DNA of 64,000 bases from Rebecca billardiae RCC1528 (lineage: Eukaryota > Protista > Haptophyta), in the NCBI GenBank assembly GCA_965240325.2, contig OZ251244.1, positions 186,001 to 250,000 on the forward strand. Direction: 5' to 3'. The first letter of the stretch is position 1; every line of letters begins with the position of its first letter. This document shows, piece after piece, positions 48,462-57,904 of this stretch. Under the pieces are notes generated by a model. The model made no database searches, was not told the origin of the DNA, and saw only the letters and a list, made by a program, of their open reading frames with translations. Both the position numbers and the translations under genes were made by a program.

Positions 48462-49169
48462 CACCGCCGCCGCAGCCGCAGCAGCCGCGTCAGGCGCGGC
48501 TGCCGCCGCCGCTGCCCCCGCCGCGTCGGCGGGCTGAACGGCCGCGGCCGCCGCGTCAGCCACCGCCGCGTCCACCGCGGCCCCCGCCTCGCCACCAACA
48601 GCCGCTGCCGCCGCGGCGGCTGCGGCCACCGCCGCCGCGGCCGCCGCCGCATCTGGCTCAGGCAGCGAGCTGTCAGCGGCGGGCACCGGCGGCAGGATCT
48701 GCCGGTGCTCTATTTCGGGGGTGAGCTCTGCGGTGGGCGCGTCCCAGCTCTGCTGCGTGATCGCGTTCTCGCCCGCCGCCCACTGCGCGGCGCGCGCGCG
48801 CGCGCGCGCGCCGCGCCGTGAGCGGTGGCGGGCGGGCGGCGGCGGCGGCGCGCTCGCGCGCGCGGCGCGCCCGCGCGCGCGCGCGAGCCCTGCGGCCCGG
48901 GTCGGCGCGCACGCGCCACGTGGCGTGCACGCGTCCCACGCACCCACGCCCGTCCCGCACGCCCCCCGCGCAGCGGCGCGCGCTCGGCGCGCGCGGCGCG
49001 GCGCGCGGCGCGCGCCGTCGCGAGCGCGCGCGCGTGTCACCAGGAAGCAAGACAGAAGGTCATCGTCGACGTACTCCTTGACCTTGACGAGGTCGGAGGC
49101 GCCGAGGGACTCGATGGCCTCGAGGGTCGAGTTGCGCCGGACGAACTTGTCCGACGCCTTCTGCGCCAT
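46437..49169 (-). CDS. bZIP transcription factor with C-terminal helical (DOG1-like) domain; 6 exons
   Basis: Basic region RMQRKAESARIARLRKKEYVSGLEEQLAQLGAELK|SLE. C-terminus LGITPQQRERL..LRRILTPQQTARFLSWVEKN. Introns include 48783-49040, 47777-48149, 47405-47632 and 46644-46797. Confidence 0.88.
46726..46796. repeat. 12-bp intronic tandem repeat (GGCCGTTACGCA)n
   Basis: About 6 units starting immediately at the donor site of the last bZIP intron. Confidence 0.85.
47416..47613 (+). repeat. Telomere-like hexamer tracts within a bZIP intron
   Basis: (TTAGGG)4 at 47590-47613, (GGGGTA)5 at 47421-47450 and (AGCCGC)n at 47509-47538. Confidence 0.9.
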
Positions 49170-49870
49170 CGCGCCCGCCCTCGCGCCCCGCGCCGCGCGG
49201 CGCGGCCGTACTGCCGAGACGAGAGCGCCGCGCTGCTGAGCAGCAGTCGCTTCGGCGGCTTCGGAGGCGCTTCAGAACGCTGCCGCCCGCAGTTGTAGTA
49301 GTGGCGTGGGAACGCGGCCGTGTGATTGGCCGGCCAGCGCACCGCGGAAGGTGCGCGATTCCTTCGCGCGACCGCCGACTCGTCCGGACCCGCCAGGGCC
49401 CCGCCCTGATCAGCCCCCGCCACCGGGCCGCACTGTGGCGCGTCTCGGCGCAGAGCCCTCAGCCCTCGGCGCAGCCGTGCGCGCACGGCCACGCCGCCGC
49501 TCGCGCGCGAGGTTGGGTGAGGCCCGGCGCCGCCATGGCACGGCCACGAGAGCGCGGATTCCCGGCCACGGCCGCGCCGACTGATCGATGCGCCGCCGCT
49601 CGCAACGTCCGCGCTCGCTCGCTCGGCGCCGCGCCCCGCCGCGCGCCGCGCGCGCGCGCGCGCGCGCGCCCGCAGACGTGAACGAGCCCCGCGCCGGCCG
49701 CGCGGGCGTGCGCACGTCTCGGCGCGTCGGAGGCCTCCCGACGGGCCCGCCCAGCCGCCGGCCCCGCGCCGTGTCGGCCCGGCTGCACGCCAAGCTCCGG
49801 CTGGCGCAGCGGCGGCAGCCGCAGCCGCAGCAGCGGCCGCCGCAGCGGCACGCTCAGCAGCTCGCTCAGC

Positions 49871-52800
49871 ATGGACGCCCGGGCCGTGGTCGAGCAGGCG
49901 CGACGCCGGCGCGCGGTGGCTGACCCGTCTCTCAGGTTGGGCGCGCGGCCGGGCGGCGGGCGCGCTCGGCTCTTGACGCGCCGCGCCGCCTGGCAAGCTG
50001 ACTTGACCGTCACACGCGATGCGCCGCCCCGCGCCGCCCGCCGCCGCGCGTACGCACGCACGCGCACGCCCCGCTCGGCCCTGCCGTGATGCAACACCGC
50101 CGCCGCCGCCGCCCTGCCGCCGCCACCGCCACCGCCACCGCCACCGCCGCCGCGCGTGCGCGTGCGCGTGCGCGCACGCCCGGTGCCCGCCCGCTGCGTG
50201 ACGCCTGCCGTGCTGCGCGGTACGGCTGTGGCCGCGGCCTGCCCGCCCGCCCGCCTGCCTGCCTGCCGCCACGCGCAGCGCGGGAGGTGTCGACGCCGAG
50301 CCGTCCGCCAGCGCCTCCGCCAGCGGCGGCGCGCTCGCGCCGGGGCCGGCTGGCGTCGCGCGCGCCGCGCACCCCACACCGCCGCCGCCGCCGCCTCCGC
50401 CGTCCGCGCCACCGCCGCCGCCGCGGCCGCCGCCGCCGCCCGATCGCGCCGAGCCGCGCGGCGCCGCGCCGCCACCGCCTCCTCCGCCGCTGCCGCCGCC
50501 GCCCAAGCCTCCGCCTCCGCCCGCGCGGCGCGGCCCCCCGCGCTCGCGCTCGAGATCGCGATCTCCGCGCTCGCGCTCGAGATCGCGATCTCGCCAGCCG
50601 CCGCCGCCGCGCCCGGCGTCGCCCTCGCGCTCGCCGTCGCCCGGGGCCGCGCGCCGCGGGCGCAAGCACGCCGCGCCGCCGGGCGGCCGCGCCGCCAGGC
50701 CGCGCGCCGCACGCTCGCGCTCGAGATCGCGATCTCCCCGCTCGAGATCGCGATCTCCGCCCGCGCGCTCGCCGCCGGCGGCGCGCGCCGCCGGTGCCGG
50801 CCGTCGCAAGCGCGTGCGCTCGCGCTCGCCCTCGCGCTCGCGCTCGCGCTCGCCGCGCCCGCCGCGCGCCGCGGGCCGCGCCGCCGGCCGCCGCGCCCGC
50901 AGCCGCAGCCGCAGCCGCTCCGCATCCGCCTCGCCGCCGCCGCGCGCGCGCGCCGCGCGCGGGGCGCCGTCGCCCCCGCGCCGCGCCGGCGGCGCTGAGT
51001 TCGGCGGCGGCGGTGGGCGCGCGCCGCCGCCGCGGGCGCGCCCCTCCGTCGCGCTGAGCGGGCGGTACGGCGAGGTTTCGTCCGTCGTCACGCTGCGAGG
51101 GCTGCACACAGCCACATCGGAGCAGCAGGTGCGCGCGCGCGCGCGCGCGGTGCGGCGCGGCGCGGCGCGGCGAGCGCGGCGCTGCAAGCGCGCCGCCCCG
51201 GCCCGCGGCGCCGCGCGGCGCGCGCCGGGGCGCGCTGTGCTGCGTGGCGGCCGTGCGGCGCGTGGTGCCGCGCCGCGCCGGCCGCTGCGCCGCGCGCGGC
51301 GCTCCCCGCCGCGCCGCGCTGCGCTGCGTGCGCGCCCACAGCCCGTCGCCCAGCCCCGCCCGCCCGCCGCCCCGCGCGTGCGCACGCGCACGCCTCCGCG
51401 CGACCGCTCTGCGCGCGCGCCCGCCCCGCCCCGTGCCCGCCCCGCGCCGCCCCACGCAGATTGGCGCGGCCCTCGCCCCGTACGGCGCGGTGCGCGTCAA
51501 GCTGATCAAGTCCTTCCCGTCGCAGGAGTCCATGGGCACGGCGCACGTCCGCTTCCGCACGCGCGACGGCGCCGCGGACGCGCTCGACGCGCTGCTGGGC
51601 GCGGGGCCGGCGGCGGCGGCTGGCGGCGGCGAGCCGCTGCGCATTGGCGGCTCGCTGCTCGAGCCGAGGTTCAACTACCAGGTGCGTGCGTGGCTGTGCG
51701 CGGGCGTGGGCGTCTTGCGTATGCATGCTCTGCCGGGCAGGGATGCCGCATGTCGGCGCCGCCGCCGCGGGCGCTCGCGCGGGCCGCGCGGTGGCGTGCG
51801 CGCGCTGACGGCGGCCGTGCCGTGTGTGTGTGCATGCGCGCGTGCGTGCGTGCGTGCCCGCTGCCGGCCGCGCGCTGCGCCGCGCGCTGCAGCTCGAGTC
51901 CGAGCTGTCGCAGCTGTCGGAGGACGCCGCCCTCGCCGCCCTCGCCGCAGGCTCGACCGACCCCACCGCCGGCGCCGCCGGCGCCTACGGCGCGCACGGC
52001 GGCGCGGGCGGCGCCGGCAGCATGGCCGCCGCCGCCGGCTGCGCCATGCAATATGACCCCGCCTCAGGCTTCCACTTCGACCCCGCGAGCGGCTACTACT
52101 ACGACGCGGCGCGCGGGCTGTACGGCCACGCGGCCACAGGGCGCTGGTTCTGGTGGGACGGCGCCGCCGGCCAGTACCGCGAGTACGTCGCGCCCGCCGC
52201 CGCGGCCGGCGCCGCCGCGGCCGCCGCGAGCGGCGCCGCGCCGCCCGCCGCGGGCGCGGAGGGCGCGGCCGCGGCCGTGGGCGGCGGCGGCGGCGCGGCG
52301 GCGGGCGCGGCCGCGCTCCAGCCCGCGGCGCCGCTGTCCGGCGGCGCGCCGCCGGCGGGCGTGGGCGCGCCGCTCGCGCCCGCGCCCGCCGCCGCCGCCG
52401 ACAGCGCGCTGCCCGTGCCCACCGCCCTCGCTCTGGGCGGCGCGGGCGGGGCCGGTCTCAAGCTGGCGCTCTCCGCAACCAACCGCCGAGCGGTGGCCGC
52501 GCGGCTGCGGCCGAGCGCGCGCGGCGCCGCGCCGCCGCCGGCCATCTTCGACGCGGCGGGCGGCGCGGCGGACGACGCGCCCGCGGCGGCGGCGGGCGGC
52601 GCCGCCGACGCCGACGCCGGCGCGCGTACCGCGCCGCCCGCGGCCGACGCCCGCGACCCCGCTGCCCCGCGGCCGTACGACCACCCGAGCCTTTTTGACG
52701 AAGCGCAGCGCATCTGCCGTGCGTGCGCGCGCAAGTTCGGCTCGGCGGAGGTGCTGCGCCGCCACCTCGCCGAGTCGGCGCTGCACCGGAGCACGGTGGA

Positions 52801-52948
52801 CGCGCTCAACGAGGAGGCGGCCGCGGCCGCGCGCGCCGCGGCTAAGGAGAGCGCCGCCGCGCTCTACCGCCGCGAGATGGAGGCGGTGCGCGCGCAGAGC
52901 GTCGGCTCGAGCAAGCTCGACAGCAGCGCGCGCCCGCTCACAAAGTGA
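49871..52948 (+). CDS. RBM5/RBM10-like splicing regulator (RS-rich, RRM, OCRE, C2H2 zinc finger)
   Basis: RS dipeptides. RRM VVTLRGLHTATSEQQ|IGAALAPYG..SMGTAHVRF. OCRE YDPASGFHFDPASGYYYDAARGLY..WFWWD. Zinc finger CRACARKFGSAEVLRRHLAESALH. Introns at 49993-50278 (GC, tentative), 51129-51459 and 51682-51892. Confidence 0.8.
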
Positions 52949-53574
52949 CCGACGACGGCGGGGTGTCAGTCATCTGAGCCTCAGCATCGTCGATCATATT
53001 ATTATAATCACCATCTCGCGTCTATAGGCTGTTGATGTCGGGACCGCGCCGGCAACGGGGGAATAACCGTCGGGGGTGAAGGCGCCCCGGTCAGGCCGCT
53101 CCGCGGCCGCCGCGGCACCGTCCGGTCTCCGGACCCGCGTGCGGACGCCGCGGGGGCAGCCGGCACTCGGCAGGCGGCGACGCCCGAGTAGAGTAGCGCG
53201 CGCGCAGTCTCACCGTCTGAGTCGTCAGCATCGCGACGATCATTCGTCGCGGCGCCACGCGCGGCGGGACCGCCGGATCCTGCCGTCGGATCCGTGCTTA
53301 GCTGATGATCGCGGACCCGGGCGCAATCGAACCGCCGTGATCGGACTACTGCTACTACGACGGCGGTAGTATACTACTACTACTGCTGGCTCTGGCTCCG
53401 GTTGACCCCTGCCAGTCCGGTCATAGAAACCGGGCGTACCGAAAATGATCTACTTCGTTCGCATTCCTGCGGCCGAATGAACGTCCGACTGAGTGTCCCA
53501 CAGGGCCCCAAGTAGGGTTCGGCTATGGATGGCCAATAAGTGCCCGCAGGGAGTGAAACTCAGTTTGTGACTAC

Positions 53575-53721
53575 TTCAGACTCTATATTTTTCATAGCTA
53601 TTTACCCAGTCCGGTGACACATTTCCAATAGCTACGGGTGCATGGTCCGGATCGCTCCCGGACCGCGTGTTCTGACCTGAGAGTCTGAAATGGGTAAATA
53701 CATAGTAAAATAGAGTCTGAA
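53575..53721. repeat. Imperfect ~32-bp inverted repeat with inner stem (foldback/MITE-like)
   Basis: TTCAGACTCTAT..TATTTACCCA pairs with TGGGTAAATA..ATAGAGTCTGAA. Inner stem GGTCCGG/CCGGACC. Confidence 0.75.
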
Positions 53722-53872
53722 CTATAGAGGTAGTGAGTGCTTGTTGGCCCAATATCGCTCTGAAGTCATATATCATCTAGGCGGCATCCATTGAGGTCCT
53801 CCTGTGCAGTTTTCACGAGTGACTTCATGAAGGAGCTCACAGTGCCCGTCTCTGGCAGGGGTCCGAACCGAA

Positions 53873-55597
53873 GTCTAGGGGGGCCAAAGTGGCACTGTGA
53901 CGTGACTGACGGCTACGAGCGCTGGTCCTAGCGAGTGTTTAGCGCTGAATTGGGGCTGGATCATATGCCCTCTGGAGGGGTCTGGGCCAGCCAAGTAAAA
54001 AAATCAGGTGCACATACCCTGAATATAGGGCGTAACGGCTAGCATATTTACTTATTAGAATGAGCCTGAACTTATTGGAAACGGCGTGTAACGGCTGTCT
54101 TATATGTGACATATAGACCATGTCGACTTCACTTTGATAGAGCATCTCGGCGAGATCGTTCTGAGTCCCCAGCAGCAGCAGGTCCCAACATGCGATATAG
54201 GCTGTGTACTGGCAGGCTGTCAAACACGTAGTTTCCCGGAAGCCACTGGTCGTTACATACCCACCGTGTATATAGACGCCATGCTGATGAATACAGTCTC
54301 GTCTGATCTCGAGCCGCGAGATACGTTTTCAGACTGTGTATACGGCCATGCGTGCGGCGTATTGCAGACATAGTAGACCCAAAGCACCGGCCCCATGTCC
54401 TCAGCCCGGGAGTACTCTCGGTCATAATCAAGGTTTAAAGTCACTCGAGCCAACCGTCACCGCTCTATGGCCGAGACCTACGAGGCAGGTCAAATCTGTC
54501 GTCGTCGCAGTGCGGCACAGTGCCGAGCATGCGATTCGGCAGCAAACGCCTGCTCCAGATGGTGGCTGGCGTCTCTGCACCAAACCAGGCCGGATGGGAT
54601 CGGTCCATATATGTACGCCCTACCCTGTTCCGCGCTATTCCTGGGCGTTGGGGTGGATATTCGGCCTACAGAGGTCTGATCCGGCGCTGTTCGGCGCTCC
54701 TGTCTGGCTGCGCGGAGCCCAATGGCAAGCGCCGGCGTGTGCAAGGTGTCAAGATTGAGACGGTCTCTGACGCTCCCGCCGGTCTTGGGCGCACCACGGT
54801 GCATTGAGGCCCATCTGCGTCTGTTTCTGCAGGCATGCGCGTCACAGGGGCGCGCTTGTAGGCACGGTCGAGTGCACGTCGGACCTGTCGAATGAGCCAT
54901 CCGCTGCCTGCGAGCACGTCCGCGACGTCCTGAGAGGCGAATGGGAGGCGCCCCGACGCCATCTGGGGGCACGCGTGACCCATACCCAACGTGCTGACCA
55001 TCGCAAGTGCCACGGCAGGTGCAAACACGGGCCCTACGAGCGGAACATGACAGTTGCGGGCTCCGCGGAGGTGTTGCGCGCGAGCTCGCGCCGGTCTGCT
55101 GACGGCGATTCCGGCGCAGCACGGCAGGTTAGGCGAGCTGGGCATCCACGGATACACATGAACACTTGGGGCGAGCATCGATCTCGCCGGGGCGAGTTGA
55201 TCTTGAGCCACAAGGAGGGGTAGCGTGACGGGCGTACGCAGCGCAGCAATTCAAGCCGGCCGACGCGCGCCGCGCACGGCGCGAGGTGGCCAAGAACCGG
55301 GTGGTGAGCCGCTGGTGGCGCAAAGACAAGGGTCAGAAGCGCCCACCAGGGTCACGCGCGCGCGCTCCCGAGACCATCTCGGCGTATCATGGGACGCGAG
55401 CGCGCGGCGGTCCACTGCCTCCGGCCGCTCGTGCTCGAGCGGAACCGAGCTTCTGAGCGCCCGAACGCGTCGGAGCTCGATTTTCGAGCGGGGTCCGAGA
55501 AAAAGGCTCCGCGCCACCCTAAAAGGCCGAGGGAGGAGCGAAAATGCGCCGCGGCTTTGATTTTCTTTTTTAAATGAGCGGTTTGGCCCCCCTAGAC
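53873..55597. mobile_element. Non-autonomous TIR DNA transposon, 16-bp TIRs, 4-bp TSD
   Basis: GTCTAGGGGGGCCAAA (53873-53888) is the perfect reverse complement of TTTGGCCCCCCTAGAC (55582-55597). CGAA flanks both ends directly (53869-53872, 55598-55601). The interior has lower GC and no intact transposase. Confidence 0.75.
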
Positions 55598-55806
55598 CGA
55601 ACAGCCAGAGCCTGCTACGACGCCTACGACGTAGCAGTCATCGTTACGGTCGCGTACTGCTAGTATAATGCGCAGCATCATATCGGCCGATGATATGACG
55701 CACTGATTTCGTTCGATCGAAATCATCGTCAACTATTTATTAATAAGCTAGCTATAGCGCAGCATTATTGATATAACGACTATAAGTAAACCGTGTGCCG
55801 GGCGTG

Positions 55807-57343
55807 TGCCCGCTGGCGGGCGGGGCGGGGTCGGCGGGCCGTGCCAGCAGTGCTGTCGCAATAATGTTTATTCCTCTGCGGGTTCGCGTCTTTCCACATT
55901 CGCTCGTGGCCGTGGGTGACGGACAGTCCGAGGGCGAGGACCAGTGACACCTGTCAACGTTCGCCCACGTGAGTAGCACACGTCTGTGCGCATCAGCGAG
56001 GCCCACACCCACGAGGGAATGTGCAGCACGCGGGGCGGGGCGGGTAGCCCGTTGCTCCGCGCGAGCGCAGGTGCGCGCTGTATGTGCCGCATCTCGACCG
56101 CGATGGCGTAATCGAGCGCCTCGCCGCCGACGAAGCCGCCAGAGTAGATCATGTGCATGTCCTCCTGCCGCCAGCCGAGAGCGGTCGTCGCGAGGATGCT
56201 TGCCGATGTCGGCTCCAGGCATGATGGGCTCGGCGCAGGCCGCGTTGACGTCGTACACGGCCGCCACGCTGAGCACGAGCGCGTTGACGTTCACGCGGTC
56301 GTCGCTCTTCGCCTCTTTGACAGGTCTGGCGCCTGCGTGCTCGGCGGCACAAGGAGCTGTTGGTTGTGCGCGCGCGCGCGCACAGCGACAGCGTGTGCCA
56401 CTCGCGATCGAGAGTGGGCACGAGCTGCTCAGGCAGGCACATGAATCGCAGCGCATCCGTCACCGGCGTGACGACGTCCGCCTCGTCCCGCAGCACCTGC
56501 GCCATGGACGAGGATGGCGCGTCGATGTTGCATGCTCGACGATTCATCTCTCTGCGGATGGCATCACGGGCTTGTCTGTGTCGCGCTGCGGCGAGGGTCG
56601 CCAACTCGCGAAGACGCGGTTGCTGCCACGACGACAGACCCGGGAGGTGCGTCCGCTGCGCGTCGTACGCCGTTGGCGCTGCGCTTCCGTCGCATTGGTC
56701 ACCGTCGACGCCATGCAGGCCGGACGTGGGCTTTCGGCTGACGGGCTGAGGGACCGCGCTGGGCGAGCGACAGTCCGGTGCGCAGATTCCGGCGATCGAG
56801 TTCAGAAGGCCGCGCCAAATCTTGCGTCGCGTGCGATGGCGCTTCCCGCCCGCGAGACACCTCGTGTTGAGTGCGTTTCCGCACCGAGCCCGACGCGCGG
56901 CGGTGGATCGCGCGAGGTGGCTGTTGTGCGCAGCGCTTGATGCTATGGCCAGTGCGAGCGCTCGACGTGCAAGTCGGGCGAGGATCGCCCCAGGTCGCAC
57001 GATCGTGTACGCGCCGAGCGTGCCTCCAGACGCGTCGACTTTAGCCCCCGTTCGACCTGCACGCGAGACGACGAGGGCAGCAATCGCGACTCGGGCGAAA
57101 ACCCGTCTAGGGAATCCTCGCGCGATGTCCGCGCCGGCGTTGGATTTGGCGCGCGCCGCCCATGCGCTCCGCGCCATCGGCTAACTCTTTTTCGGCCGAG
57201 CGTCCCCAGTGGGAGCTGCGAGGGCGCCCGGTAGTGAGCGAGGCGATTTTCTTTCTTGGCGAGGCGATTTTCTTTTTCTTTATTCTTGTCTTTTCCTTAT
57301 ATCCTTTTCCCGGGCACTACAAGGGGCGAACCTACGGCCCGTC
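55807..57343 (-). mobile_element. Dispersed repeat, copy 2 (same family as 15927-17354)
   Basis: Same orientation and ends. Inverted repeat GGCGGGCCGT (55833-55842) / ACGGCCCGTC (57334-57343). Carries extra segments (~55948-55997, ~56302-56366) absent from copy 1. Confidence 0.7.
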
Positions 57344-57904
57344 ATTATTTATTATTGAGTCGTCATGACGATGATGATATATATCCCGTGTCTCATCCGA
57401 TCATCTCGGCTGATGAGCCGCCGGTCGTGCGCCGTGTCGCGGCCCGCGCCCGCGGCGCCCGGCGGCGCCGACCGCGGCCCACCGCGGACCGCCGCACTAG
57501 CTGCCGCAGGAGCCGGAGGCTCCTCGGCTGCCCGGGACGCCACTCTGGCCAGATGGCGGCCCGCGCAGAAGTCCGTGAGCAAGTGCGCAGCGTGTCAGTA
57601 CCGTCGGACGATGGGCAGCTTCGTCGTCGCGTCGAGGGCAATGTTGAGTGGGCGAAAAGCGGCTCGAGTGCGTGGAATAGAAAGAACCGCTCACGCAGAC
57701 ATGAGGTACAAGAGTGGCACTGACAAGACGTCAGCGGCCGTGCGCCAGACAGGGACTGAGGGAGGTTGAGAAGGAGGGACGGACAGGTCACAGGAGCACA
57801 GAGGCGAGGGGGAGCAGAGGCGCGTGCATCACGCACACACCGCCTCAAAGGCAGCGGCCGCCGACCGCGAGGGCGGAGCCGGGGCGCAGAGCGCAGCCCG
57901 GACA

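Noticed and set aside
56235-56260. YDVNAAC resembling the TnpB/Fanzor RDxNAA motif
   Set aside because: No zinc-finger cysteine pairs or other RuvC motifs in register; the match is too short to support.
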